This document shows, in pieces, positions 21,242 to 34,705 of a stretch of 64,000 nucleotides of DNA (the stretch's first letter is position 1; every line of letters begins with the position of its first letter). Under the pieces are notes generated by a model. That model saw nothing but the letters and a program-made list of their open reading frames with translations. It did no database searches and was not told the origin of the DNA. The DNA lies in contig NC_045701.1 in the NCBI RefSeq assembly GCF_009834535.1, positions 69,068,001 to 69,132,000 on the forward strand, written 5' to 3'. A program made the position numbers and the translations under genes. This stretch comes from Camelus ferus (Eukaryota).

Positions 21242-21693
21242 CTGCAAGACAAACGGAAGATAGGTCCAGAGAGAAAAACTGAACGATCCTCAAACAGAGC
21301 AGTATGATGCAAGGTGGCATTTTATACTGCATCTTTTATTTGTAGAAAGAAAAGTCTCAATTGTCAGGTGGGGCTGTGGGGCTATAAAAGCAGCTTCAAA
21401 AACCTTAGTGACTATTATCCATTGACTTTCACAAGAAAATATAAAATGATTAACAATTCATGTACTAAGTCTATCTTCCTCCCTTGGAAATCCCCAGGTT
21501 TCTTTTCCTCTCCTGTGTGACACTGTTCAGAACCTGTTTTCTTTTTGTGCTAGGATGTTCAAGATCTCTGTGCCAAGTTAGCAAGATCTTTCTGGAAGAC
21601 ATCTGCAACCTGTTTGTCCTCCAACCAGTTTCCAAGGCTGTGGTCTAAGTTAAAGTTGAAGCCTTTTGGTGACTCTTGTCAGAAAATGAGTTA

Positions 21694-21830
21694 AAAAAAT
21701 TGGGGGGAGGGGCGGGGGGTGGTTAATTAGGTTTATTTATTTATTTATTTTAATGGAGGTACTGGGGACTGAACCCAGGACCTCGCGTACACCAAGCACA
21801 TGCTCTACTACTGAGCTATACCCTCTCCCC
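21694..21830 (-). mobile_element. tRNA-Ala-derived SINE, copy 2
   Basis: tRNA-like head with A/B boxes, then an (AAAT)n-CCTAATT-C-rich tail on the - strand. Confidence 0.88.
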
Positions 21831-22982
21831 AATAAAATAAGTTAGAGTCAGGGGCACCAGTGGATGCTCAGTCCTTTTCCCTATAATAAACTATGACAAT
21901 GTCATCACTCTGATTTTTCTCCAAAGTACCAAGTACATGGACTGAGATAACATGAAAAAGTGAATCGAGGTCCAGAACTCCAGAGGCTCTGTTCTTAATA
22001 TTGACCCCGGGATACTTCTGTATCATGGAGGAAGCTAATTATATGTGCTGAACCTCTGTTTGCTCAACTGTGAAAAGAGAGTAATAGTTTTTGTTTCCCA
22101 TCTGCTCCAGAGGGAGACAGAAAACAAGGTACTTGAAGCAGCCATAGTTTCAGTTTTTACAGGAATGAAATCTAGTCCAACTGTTCTTTAGGCCTAGTTT
22201 TATCCATCAACAAACTTAACTCTCTGTACTTTTTGTACCATCATCAGTAGGAGTGCCCTACTGAGACACAGCTTCCTCATATTCTGTTATAGCACTGGTT
22301 CAACACATCTCAGAGTGAAGTAAAATAGAGCCTAATAAAAGCCCTGGCTAGATGTGACACTTAGCTCCGGATCGTATGATGAGGATAGAGCTACCGGGGC
22401 TGGCTCGGCTGCACAGAGGCCGCACAAAGGCCTGTGTGGCAGTTCTGAAAGGTAATGAATATGTGTGAGCAAGCCCACTGTCTCTGATGAACAACAGGTC
22501 TCAGATTTATACAGGAGACCCGTTTAGAGTTTCTTCCCTATGGAGCCAACCAGCCACAAGGACAAAGAGAACTTATCCATTTCTTCTGGCACATCTGACA
22601 GTAATGCTATTTACCTGGATGTGTTTCCAAAGCCTTTTAAATTAATTCCCTGCTGGGTCCCAAATGGCAGAATGAGAATGGAAACTTGAGACCCTTGATG
22701 TTTGGAAGCAGGTACACTTTCATCAGGACAAACCACAAACCTCAGGCTAGGAATTCCCATCATGGCTGTTACCTACTTGTTGAAGAGAAATGAATGACGC
22801 ACATCCCCCTCAGTGAGCCTCAGTTTTCTCTCAATGGGAAATAACACAAGATATGTACAACCATCAGCCAGCCTCAGCGAGAGAGAGGGGTGGCTAGTTC
22901 AGTGGGATTAGTGTCTCCACTGGAAGTGATGACAATGCTTCAGTGCCAGAGCACCCAGTGAGTTAGGTGGGTGCTGCATTAC

Positions 22983-23276
22983 CTGCATTTTTTATGGGGA
23001 AATCAGTCTTCCTCTGCATAGTGGAAGGCAACTCGTTGATGCGCAGGGATAGTTGGCGTTTAAAGGGTGACATCTTCTGGCTAAGAGCAGGAAATCCTCT
23101 GAAAGATCCTTGGCGAGCAAGTTGTTCAATTGGTGCGTGCCGGCGTGGGATGGCATGAGGATTGTTCATCTCCAGAGAGGCAGAGGCATCCGAAGTGGGA
23201 GAGGAGGGAGAGGATGGGGATGGGACAGTGTTGCCAGGGGCCACCGATGAACCAACAAGTGTCTTATCTGTTTCAG
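22983..23276 (-). CDS. NUMB: NUMB coding exon (~10), NumbF region with RQGSFR and RQLSLR phospho-motifs
   Basis: tttcttgag acceptor, G|gtaatg donor, 294 nt. AETDKTLVGSSVAPGN...KTDFPIKNA. Confidence 0.97.
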
Positions 23277-25015
23277 CTCAAGAAAGTCAAGAGAAGGGAC
23301 CTTAGCAATGCTTTCAAATAATCTGGCTTAAACAGCTGAGGAACTAACAAACCCTCCTAGGTCCTTTTACCCATCTCCTTCCCCATATCTCTCTCTTTTT
23401 TTTTCCTTCTCCATATCTCTTAAAAGATAGGTTATAAGCAGATCAGATCTCCTATTTTTCAGACAAATAAAAGGTTTAATAATCTACTACATGGTACATG
23501 GTATAATATATCTACCGAGATATGAATATTAGATCTTTGGTTCCCATGCAGTGATTTATAACATAAGACTTTGAACAAGATTTAAAAAAAAAAAATAGAA
23601 CCTATGAACTTCTAATGTGAGGTCTTTTAAAGAATGATGGTTCATAGTTTTCAATGTCTGTTTGCTTGTTTGGGGGAGAGGACTTCGGGAGTGGCAGAGT
23701 CAGAAAGATCTAAATAAGCGTAAGTTTGACTAGATGTTAAAGAATGCCCCAAAGAAGACATCAGGTCATGGACAGTACGCGTTTGTGGCTCATCTGAATA
23801 AAAGCATACAGAAGTAAAAATTTAAACTGGAGTAAACTTAAATACAAGGCTGTTTTCATGTGAGTCCCATTCTGATCAACTCCTCTCCCCTTGCAATCCC
23901 GTTAGATGTCAGGACTCAACAATCTTGGCAACAAAACGTATTATTTGGTGGTATTAAAATCCGTCTGAAAAATCACTGAAGCACACTAAGTAACAGCTAC
24001 ACATATTACATTTTCTAATTAAAACAGCATTTTTTTTATTCTTTGGTATTCTGGCACAAATGTTTATAAGAAATGGAAACAAATCATAATCAATTGTTTA
24101 GTTTCAAATAAAAATATGGATCTTTGTGGCTTAAAAAAATTAGAGCTGTTTGGGTCAGTATTAGATTAATGATATTATCTAAAATGGCTAGTTTAGAATT
24201 AAAAAAAAACCTAGCAAAATTACATTAATGTACATTTAAACTGAACTGTTTAAATCCAAAATATTCCTTGTTGGTTTCAACCCTAGTTCTACACAAGAAA
24301 GCGAAGCACTCCCCCTAGGCTCTATCCCTCAGCTCTAAGTATGCCCGACCCAACTCCAGACAGCAGCTCCTGAGCAACCTGAACACCTGTAGGGGCGTTT
24401 CTGCTCTGCTGCCATGGGCACCTGAAAACACTCACATTCTGCAAAACCACGTACTAAAATTAATGGAGCCATGGAATAATGAGTTAGGGGCTAGCTTCTC
24501 AAATCTGTGGACTTTTTTCACTAGAACACTGAAAAATAGTAATAATCCAAGAAGAGTATCACTGAGAAACCTCTGCCTCCACTTACACCCGGCATCACCG
24601 TCAGTGGGTCCTCTGCAGCCTAAACCTGGGACTTGTACTTCCTCCTTCAAGATGTAGGTCCTTGGAAGCATTTGCTTCTCACAGAGATCAGATGCATGAG
24701 AATTAAACATCTGTTCCAGGATGTAAGTTTTCCCAATTTTGCTTTTAAATGTCTCTGCAGCTTCTTCAACTGCACTCTCCCCAGTAGCTTTCCTGGTAGC
24801 TTAACGTAATGGAAAGAGCAGACACTTTGAAGCTACTAGACAAATCACTCTAAAAGAAAGGACTTTGTTTAGATTTTCAGCTGTGTTCTTAAGGTCTTCG
24901 TATGTACCAGTAGGAGTTCTCTCTGTGAAAAAGCTTGCCCCTGACAGCTTCCAAATATTAACCTGTTGGGAAAAACTATTTAAATAAACATACATCATAG
25001 TAGAACAGATTGTAC

Positions 25016-25220
25016 CTTTCTTGGCATCCTGGATTTGTTTCATAATCTCCTCTCTTTCTGCTTGCTCGGTGGCTGTTGTGACACGGAATGATCCTTCTCT
25101 TGTGAAAGTGGTCCGACTGGCATCAAAAGTAGCTGTCACTCCACATTCCTTCTCCCGCTTTTGCTTCCGTTCTAAACAGGCTGCAAAAGCACAGCCCACT
25201 GCATGGCTCAGCCTTTCACC
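25016..25220 (-). CDS. NUMB: NUMB coding exon (~9), end of the PTB domain
   Basis: tatacag acceptor, G|gtacaa donor, 205 nt. [26 protein letters not shown]...QDAKK. Confidence 0.97.
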
Positions 25221-27950
25221 CTGTATATAACAGAAGGTTTAAAAAACTTAAGAGTTATGGTGTCAACAACTACAAGTCAGCTTGGACCATAAATAAGTCT
25301 GTTTTCACACGTGGAAAAATGTTAGGAACTCCAGCTTAAAATTAGACTTTAGTAAATTAACATGCCAAATTAATTTAAATGAGTAATTACCTTAGGTAAT
25401 GCTTATGATCCTTCACTGTAGTAGGCACTGGTAAAGCGACCATCAGTGACCTGTGCTTTGTGAGCAGCCACAGACACCTCCTTATTAGTCAGGCTCCCTC
25501 TGTCACTCATGTTAGCTCTGGCCACCAGCTGAGAGGACACTGCTCAAGGTTCCAAGCCCTAAGTCTTGACACGCAAACTTCTATTTGTCATTTAGGGGAA
25601 TAGTGGGAGTATTTACCAAGCATTTCTAAGAAACCACTGGAGAGGCAGGGCAAATTTCAGAGCTTAAATACTGTCAACATGTCTAGGAACAAAAGGTGCA
25701 AACTTAAAACTTCAGATAAATAAATGCAACTCCAGCGATGAGAAGGGAATCAGGCAGAGAAAACCTTAGCTTTCTCCATCTCCCCTTTCTGATGCTTCCC
25801 CCTGCCCCGCTTGGGCTCTCAGGGCTTGCAGGCTCTTCCCCATAGCTTCCCTCTCCTTTTGTACCTCTAACTCCACTTCTACCTCCCAACCACACACAGG
25901 TGGAAGTTAAAGCATGTTTTCATCCACACTTTCTAGTTACAAAGGAATTAAACAGATAAACTCAGTTTGTTTGTATTTGACAGGAGGGCTTATACAAACC
26001 AAATACTGGTTTAAAGATACACGGGATTACCTAGAGTAAATTTAATAAATTCAGTGGATTATTTTTACTAGGGTTATCTGTATTTTAAACTATATCCCTA
26101 ATTATGGAATAAAAAAGTTAGAGATGATATAATAACTGTTGGCATCATTCACAGTGAGGAGATATTTGAGAACAGGGAGCCCTTTGTGGAGTTTCCAAAA
26201 TCACATTGTGTGCAGCTGCTGCTACATATGGCTCTGAGTCAGTAATTTCCCTGGATTTTATATGCCAATATCAGATAGCATAAGGAGAGGTAATGTCTGA
26301 GATGCTTTGTCCCTAAGATTTCACATGACTGTAAACTGTAAAATCTCACATGACTGCTTATTTAAAGACTAACAGACTTACTCTTTATGAATCCACATGC
26401 GTTTCCATCTAACTTCTTAGTAGGATAAAAGGGTAGGCATTGAAGCATGAAACAGGAGAGAGTACCAAAAGAATTTTAGAACCTGTCTGCATTTGAACAC
26501 AGCTCTATTACAAGGACAGAACTTTAGGTCAAGGAAGCTTATTATTTCTCCTAGGTCTTACAGCAGTTCTTAAAGACAGACCCCCTCAAGCTCTACCCTA
26601 GATGCACTGAATGAAAAACTCTGGGGGTGTTTTAACAAGTTCTCCTGGTGATTCTGATACAGGAGAATCACTGGCCAAGGACAGTCAGATAGCCTGAAGG
26701 ACCAGCATTTGACAACAAAATGGTTTTAAAATTAACATAGTGAAGCTCTCTAACTCTTTGGGTTTTTTGAGTGTAGTGATAGCAAAATACGCTGCTTTGT
26801 GGCTTACTTAAGGTCTGAGAGACAGAGGAAGAAAGCATAGTTTAGTTACTTCAGCTCATTCTCAAATCACTTGGTCAAACCAAGGAGGAGCAGCTTTAAC
26901 AATACCAATCACAATTTTGGAGCAGTTACTGTGGATCAGCCTCTGTGCTAAGAGTGCTTATCCTCGCTACCTAATTTAGTCTTAACAACTGTTACCTCCA
27001 TCTTATTGGAAGGAGACATGAAGACAGAAAATGTTAAAAAAAAAAACTCACCCCAAATCCCACAGCTAGTAAGAACCAGAATGAGGACTGGAATCATATT
27101 TGATTCAGAGGCTGAGTTCATAATATTTGTTTACACAACTCTCTCCAAGAGCTTTAAGAAAACCTTTTGGTCAATTTTAGAGTATGGCCACCATACTCTT
27201 AAAAATGGTCACCTTCCAGGTGAAGCCTTGGCAAGGCTTTATTGAGCTGTAGCCTTCATGAATGGCTATACTGCCTTACTCTGTTTGGACTTTTAAATAC
27301 TCAGAAATTACACACTCAATACTATACTATGGTTAAGATCATCATCATCTAAGAGACTTGCCTTTATGTCAGAATTTTGGATAATTTATATGAAGGGTGA
27401 TAGATTAGATTATTCTCTATTTTTAAACAAATCCCCAAATTTCTGCTATGTAGCAATTTGTAGCAGAGTTCACTGTACCATAATTTAGTATTTCTATTTT
27501 TTTTAATTAATTGAAAATATACTCCAACTCAGTTCTTTCATTTGTGGTAGAGTCTCTCTGCAAAGGAATTTATAAGTACCTTTCAAATGCCAGTATCTTA
27601 TACCCAGATGAGTCAGTAAACAAATACATGTAAGAATCTTGAAAATTGTTCTAATAATGAAAAGTTTCAAATAAAGTTTAGCAGCCACGGTCACCAGAGC
27701 ACTTTCACTTTCCTTTAATGACCCTGGATCTCAGCCAATGATCTTGCTCTGTGAGCTGCAGGGTTGCACCAAGAGTGTGAACTACTGAACTACTTGAATA
27801 AAAGGCGGGAAAGCAAGCTAGTTTAGGCAGTTCCAAGTGCTGAAACAGCACATACTTATTAAAAATGTGGAAACTGCTTGGCTGAGCCAATTCGAAAGGA
27901 GCTTGGTGAACTGAGGCTAGTCATGATGAAATCCACACTGACGGACTCAC

Positions 27951-28091
27951 CGTGTCCTTGACAGCCATGAAGCAATGACAAATCCAGCGCCGAGTTGTGC
28001 CATCACGACATATATAAGAGAAGGCTCTATCGAAGTTCCTATCTGGGGCACAGAAAGAAACTTTTTCTATTGTCTGGTCAACTATGAGGTC
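27951..28091 (-). CDS. NUMB: NUMB coding exon (~8), PTB domain [47 protein letters not shown]
   Basis: ttctag acceptor, ACG|gtgagt donor, 141 nt (my translation of the - strand). Confidence 0.97.
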
Positions 28092-28977
28092 CTAGAAGAG
28101 GGGAAGCACAAAGAAAGAGGACTTAAGAGGTTATTCAAGCTTCTCAGAAGAAACACAGGATGTTCGTTTCACAACACAAAACCCCTCCATCTAATGCATC
28201 AGGGCAATGGAATAGCTAGGTCTGAGCCAGAAGTCTGAACATGAAGAATTTGACCCAGAAGAGATCATAAGAGGCAATCTGCCCAAAGTCCTCCCTCACA
28301 CTTCCTCTTCATGTTCTAAAATACATGCTTGCTGGGTCTAGCTTTATCATGGTAAATTCCTTGTTCAGTTTTACAATATATGTAAATCAGTTAATTTAAT
28401 CCAATTTCCATATAGCTCATATTTAATAACATCATCTCCAGAACAGTTCGATGTATTTATTAACCTACTGATCATTTGAGTATGACTCTCTCTGTTTATA
28501 TACTTGCTCAATAGCATAGTATATACATTGTATAAATATTACACATTTTTTTTTTAATCTTGAGGCTCTTCTGTGTGATATTTTCAATGGCCTGAAATCC
28601 CTAGATGCTGAGGTGAGGGCTGTAGGTGCTAAAACATACAATCAAACAAAATGGCTTTTATAAAGCATAACTATGAGAATTCCTGTTGCCCCACAAACCT
28701 GCCAGTCAATTTTTTAAAGTTTTCCACATTCTGGTGGCTCATTATAATTTTATTCTGCATAACCTTGATTACATGAATTTCTTCTTCAGCAAAGTGATTC
28801 TTCAAGTCTTGGGTTGTCTGTCATTTCTCTTTTAATATGTGTGAGTAATTATATAGTCTAAATATGAGCCCTTTATATATTATATACATTACAACATTTC
28901 TGCTCATGATGGGTCTCAGGGTGACAAATCATCAATTACTGTTATCACTCAACGTGGGAAGAGCTAATCTAATTAAT

Positions 28978-29010
28978 GGCAGTGCTCTAAGTAGCCACCA
29001 GGGGGCAACA
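28978..29010 (+). promoter_or_regulatory. CTCF-binding motif (core 28992-29010) with upstream module
   Basis: TAGCCACCAGGGGGCAACA fits the CCASYAGRKGGCR core. GGCAGTGCTC just 5' of it resembles the ZF9-11 upstream motif. Confidence 0.7.
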
Positions 29011-30030
29011 TCACTTTCTAACTATTGCATAAAGCAATTAAAAAAACAGCCTCCACATACAACAAATTTCATCTACACAAATTCTTAAAAATAAGCTAAT
29101 TAAAATGATGGTTGTTTCCACCTGTGATGTACATTTAAGACTATCACTTTTCTTGAACTTAAAAAAAAAAGGCCTAAGGAAGGTCAAAAGAACAAAAATG
29201 TAGCTATATTAAACCACTTAAAATGTATCAGGCAAGCAATCCATCAAAACTGCTCTTTACCTGCCAGACTTTCTCCCCCTTCCAGTGACATCTGAGATTT
29301 TTTTTTAAACTGCTTTCTTGTTAAAATTTCTCCAGATTTTAGGTCTCTTAGAAAATTTTAATTAATGATTAACTGCACTTATATATCTCATGCTAAGGGC
29401 AGAGTTTGTGTCTATTCTTATTTAGGTATGTAGGATCACTTTCTTTCAAATGCAAAATGCTATTTATTATTTGAGATACAGTTGGATTCTAAGTAAGTGG
29501 TAACCAAATGAGCTGTTAACTAGGCTGTACGATTTCACTTAAATTGAGTTTTCAGTTAAATAACAGATTAATCAGTTCAAATATCACTTTCTAAAAGTAT
29601 TTCTAAAAATAAAGTGTTTTTTTTAAGGAACAAGAAGAAATTTCAGATGTGGTCCCATCATCTTTTTTAAAAAAAATGTTTAACTGTGATAAAAGGTCCA
29701 TCATCTTTTACATCAAATTTATGGGGGTAAACTTTTTTTTTTAATGTGTAAGAACAAAAATAGAACTCAGATCTTAACATTAAATGCAAATTACCCAGTA
29801 GGCTAAACATGCTGTGTCATGTAGAACAAAATGCTGAGAGAATTCTATTTTTCATAAGGTAAATGAGTAACTAAATTTGTTTACTGAACATTAACTAGTC
29901 TCTCTGAAGATCGTACTTTGGACAAAGTGGAAGGATACACAGTGACTCCAGCAGCTTAATGGCACTGTATTTGATCATTAGGGATACAAAAAAACATGAG
30001 CAGTAACACTTAAGCTTATGAAAGTTTTAC

Positions 30031-30105
30031 CTTAGTTTTTTCATCCACAACTCTGAGTCCATCTGCTGATACCCACAGGACTGCCTTAACTGCTTTTTTC
30101 CCAGT
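30031..30105 (-). CDS. NUMB: NUMB coding exon (~7), PTB domain TGKKAVKAVLWVSADGLRVVDEKTK
   Basis: ttttaaaag acceptor, AAG|gtaaaa donor, 75 nt. Confidence 0.96.
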
Positions 30106-31149
30106 CTTTTAAAAGAAACCAAAAAGGAAGGGGGAGAGACATATATATACATAATATTAAAAAAATTATCTTCCATAGAAAACACTGATTTNNNNNNNNN
30201 NNNNNNNNNNNNNNNNNNNNNNNNNNNNNNNNNNNNNNNNNNNNNNNNNNNNNNNNNNNNNNNNNNNNNNNNNNNNNNNNNNNNNNNNNNNNNNNNNNNN
30301 NNNNNNNNNNNNNNNNNNNNNNNNNNNNNNNNAAGATAAAATTAAGTAAAGGATAAGGAGGACAGATGGAATAAAAAACCAAGCTACCACATTCTGTATA
30401 GGGCAAAGAATAAGTGGATTCTTCACCCATTTTAAAACTCAACCATAAAAACCAAGAGTTAGATAAATATTAAATATATAAGGAGTTACACCACAAGTAG
30501 CTTCTACTAGTGTATTTAGAGTAGAAAGTAATAAGTAAGTCTAAATTGAGATGCTGACCATTCTACTATCCTTTGACCCCAGTGTGTATAGTAGGGCCCT
30601 TGGTCACCTGAAATTTTCATGTTAAAAACCCAAGAAGTCTTCATTATTCCTTTAACAATCTTTAAAAACCATTATTTCTTCTCTCAGGATTAACACAAAA
30701 CTGGTTTAGTTTTGAATTTGACATTAAATACATAGAGACATTTTGAGGACATAAGAGGATTAAAAAAACTGTTGGAAAAATAGTCATTGTGACATGAATT
30801 CTTACTGGCTCAGAAAAGACTTCTTTTGGCACACAAGAATCACGTGAGAACAAGCTGATGTATGATTTCTCCCATGAAGGAATGAAAATGGGACAGTGGA
30901 GATTTGCAATAGTAATTTAACAGTTTCCTTTCTTTTTAACTTCTCCAAGGATACAAGCAAAATAAAACATAAGCAAAGTGAAGGCTGAGAACAGGTATCA
31001 GAACATCATAAAAAGTATAGATCAAAAGGAATCTGGTACTAAAAGTTGGAGTAGCAGCCTCTAGAAGGGACAAAGGAGGATAAAGAGATGTCTACCATTC
31101 TCCTCTATACACGTCCCAGCCCAGCACTCCTCAATATGGAAGGCATAGC

Positions 31150-32090
31150 CTTATTTAAGTGGACTGGGGAGCTCACACTGGGCTCATCATCTCCATCACC
31201 ACCATCACAAATCTGATGAGAGCTTATTACGTGCCAGGCAGTAGAGATACACGAGGAGTTCACAGTCCATTGAAAGGTAACAAAAATAAATAATACAGTA
31301 ATAAATGCCATAGTAGAGTTGAAAACAGTGTACAACAATGTCAGAAAGGAGGCACAGTCAAATCTATTTGTGAAACTGGGGAAAGTTATTCAGATGAGAA
31401 AATTGAATTTGGTACTGAAATAATTTTTCTAGCTGCCCAAGGTGGAGGTTAAGGAAGGCAGGGAAGTAATAGAGGTAGTGAACATTCCAGGCAGAAGAAA
31501 CAGCAGCACAGGACAAAGGAAACAAACAACACAGCAAATCTGGGCTCTATAAATACTTCAGTGTGGCTTGAAAATAGATAGGTGAGTAAGGTGAAGCGGG
31601 AGATAGAGCAGGAAAGGCCTAGCCATGGAAGGGCCTCATGTGCCTGCTAAAGAATTCTACCTCAATTCTGTGGGCAATTAGGAGCTACTAAAGGAATTTT
31701 AAATAATTTGCATTTTTAAATATAACTTTGGAGCAGTGTAGAGGAGTTGGAAAGAGACTGACAGGAGGTAGAAAAACCACAACAAGATTCTAGGTGAGAG
31801 AAAATGAGCTCTCTTGGTTGAGACAGGGATAGAGATGAGAAAGTCTTAAATGATAAATGTAAGTGAGAAGTTGAAGACTCCTCTCTGGTTCCTGGCTTGG
31901 GTAACTGGGTGAAGGTACCACAAACTAAGACAGAGAATAAAACAGATGCAAAAGCAAGAGTGAGAGGGGAAGAATAGGATTTCAGTTTGAGACAAGCCAA
32001 CTTTGATATGTCTATGCAACATTTAAGCAATTGGACAGATAGGTCTAAAACTCAGTAGAGAATTCTAAGATGGAATTTTAGATTTGGGAG
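31150..32090 (-). mobile_element. L2 relic
   Basis: Antisense L2 3' signature (tacgtgccaggca, ggaagggcctcatgtgcctgctaaagaatt, ataactttggagcagtgtagagg); boundaries approximate. Confidence 0.55.
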
Positions 32091-32103
32091 ACACTAGTCT
32101 ACA

Positions 32104-32469
32104 TGTTACTATAAAGGTATTTTGAACATGTGATTAACATTTACAATCAACTGACTTTAGGTAAATGAGATAACCTTTGATAGTATGGGTCCTTATAAGG
32201 TCCTAAGGGTAAAAACAGAGGTTTCCCCAGAGAAGGAATTCTGCCTCAAGTCTGTAACAGCAGTCCTACCTGAATTTCCAGCCTTCTGATCTGCCTGACA
32301 GATTTCAGACTTGCTAGCCCCCACAATCACATGGACCAATTTGAAACTAAACCCCCCCCTCTCTATATATACATATGTATAGTTAGATAAGAGATACCTA
32401 AATCGGTCTGTCTGTCTGTCTATCTATCTAAACAAACAGTGGTTCTGTTTCTCTGGAGGGTTCTAAACA
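32104..32469 (+). mobile_element. MLT2-like (ERVL) LTR fragment containing a simple repeat
   Basis: Motifs gattaacatttacaatca, gaaggaattctgcctcaag, cagatttcagacttgctagcccccacaatc and ggttctgtttctctggag are typical of MLT2 (by eye). Confidence 0.6.
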
Positions 32470-32566
32470 GAAAGGTGGAAATCAGACTAGAAGGGTTGAG
32501 AAGTAAATGAAAGGCAAGAAGAGTCTACAAGTATTAAATACTCTCTTTAAAAAAGCTTTTCTAGCA

Positions 32567-32704
32567 GGGGAGGGTATAGCTCAGTGGTAGAGTGCATGCC
32601 TAGTATGCACAACGTCCTGAGTTCAATCCCCAGTACCTCCATTAAAAAATAAATAAAAACCTAATTACCTCCCCTTCCAAAAAGAATTTAAAAAATTAAA
32701 AAAC
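32567..32704 (+). mobile_element. tRNA-Ala-derived SINE, copy 3
   Basis: GGGGAGGGTATAGCTCAGTGGTAGAG...GTTCAATCCCCAGTACCTCC plus AAATAAAAACCTAATTACCTCCCC tail. Confidence 0.9.
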
Positions 32705-33379
32705 ACTTCTCTACAAAAAGTGCTATAATGCAATGGGGGACAGGCAGAGGACCAAGGGAGTTCTTTAAGAACTGTGATAAACTAACATGATATACTAGAA
32801 ACAGAATGGATTTTTGAGGAAGACACATATGAGTCTGAATTCAGTGCCACTATTCATAAGTTAAGCAAGTTATGTAGCCCTCTGAGCTTCCATTTCTTTA
32901 TCTGTAAAGTATCTGCAGGATCTGTTAAAGGATCAGAATACATACAGTATCTGGGATTTAAAGAAGGCAGTAAATAATTGGTAGCCATTTATCATCATTA
33001 TATTAATAAACTTAAGAGTAATACACACAACAACAAATCATGCTTACACACTGAATGGGAAAAGCCAGTGGAAAGATGGAGACTGAAGACCCAAGAGAGA
33101 GAAGAGTAACATAGAGAACAAAGTCCTCCAGGAGGCGGAATGGGATGAGGCTAGAATACAAGTTTTTGGTGGGAAGGGGAATGTCTCTTTCTTGAAATGG
33201 AGGGATGGAATGAAGCCGAGCAGAAATGAAGATGGATTTGTAAAGGAGAGAGTGACAAGTTGAGGAAGTTCACTTCAAAGAGCCACAGATTCATCTGTGA
33301 AGAAGATGAGACAACCCGCTTTACTTTACTGGGAAGAATGCAGACAGGCAGGGTAAAGAAGTAAAGATTTACAACAGCA

Positions 33380-33610
33380 GTACTGGGGCAGTGCAGTATA
33401 GTGACTCAGAGAACACACCCTGGAATCAAGCTGTTGTGTGGATATGAATTCTGGTTCTGCCACTTACTAGTATGACCAAGAGCAATTACTTGAGTTCTCT
33501 ATACTTCAGTTTCCACATCTACACAATGATGTTAATGGCGTTACAACCTCATGGGATTATTATGAGGATTCAATAAGTTAATAGATGTAAAAGGTTTAGA
33601 ACTAGTGTGG
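33380..33610 (+). mobile_element. MIR relic
   Basis: gaattctggttctgccacttactagtatgacc...cagtttccacatct...attatgaggattcaataag. Confidence 0.65.
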
Positions 33611-34563
33611 TCATATAATTTACTGTTCAAACTGGGACCCCTTTGAAAGAGAAAAGAGGGTGCTATTAAAACCCAGAAACAGGCGTTATATTGGCGCTGT
33701 CCAGGCTAACTGGGAAAACAGACACCCCACCAGCAACAGTAACTGCCCATATTTAACCAATGCTTATTATGCAGTATTATGCTGGAAGGTAAGCTCCACG
33801 AGGGCAGGGTTTTTTCCATCCTGTTCACTGATATATCCTCAGAGTTTAGAACAGAGCAGGAGTTTAAGACATAGTTGCTGAAGGAATAAATTTGCTAAAT
33901 TATCTGCTGTAGGGATAGGAGACAGCTAATCTGTGACACAGAAGACTGCCAAAAGGCAATGAAAATCCTGTGTAAGAAATTAAATTTACAGTTTTATCAA
34001 TATGCTCATTATGTAGCTGTGGCCTACAGAGTCCAGCAACTACTTCAAGGTTCGGAGACTGAAGGTGGGCAGAATAAAAGGCCATTTTAGAATGGGACTG
34101 TTCTCCATTTAGTTTCCTTATCACATACAGGAAAATACTTTCTTGGCCCAATTAGACATGAAAACATCTCTGCTTTTTGAGGTATGTCTTTATAATAATT
34201 TTTATGGTGTTGTACTAATGTATCAGTGAGGCACTGTATCTGTCAAATTTCATAGCCTTTGATCTCTCTAAATAGGAGAATAGAACAGATAATATGAGTT
34301 CTTCCATTTGTCCATACACTTGAGTGCTGTTCTGGAATGTCACTATAGTTTGCCACACTACAGTTACTTCAATCAGGTATTAAGATATTAACACTCAAAG
34401 ACACCTGCAGCTGAAATTAAGCCTAGACTTCCTCTCATAAATTCTATAGTAGCAATGTTTCTATACTACCTGTAAACTTTAGAGTCTTTCATTCTGATAA
34501 TAAATACAGAATTTACATACATTTCAGTGACATAAACACTCCTTGGGAAAAAAAAAAGACTGA

Positions 34564-34705
34564 GGGAGTGGAGGGTATAGCTCAGTGGTAGAGTGCTTGT
34601 TTACCATGCACAAATTGCTGGGTTCAAGCCCCAGTACCTCCAGTAATTAATAAATAAATAGATAAATAAATCTAATTCCCCCATGATAAATAAATAAATT
34701 AAAAA
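34564..34705 (+). mobile_element. tRNA-Ala-derived SINE, copy 4
   Basis: Same head, more diverged, with an (AAAT)n tail. Confidence 0.85.

Noticed and set aside
32567-32641. Apparent tRNA-Ala gene (likewise the other five copies)
   Set aside because: Extra 5' GGGAG leader, mismatched stems, A-rich SINE tails and TSDs mark these as retroposed SINEs, not tRNA genes.
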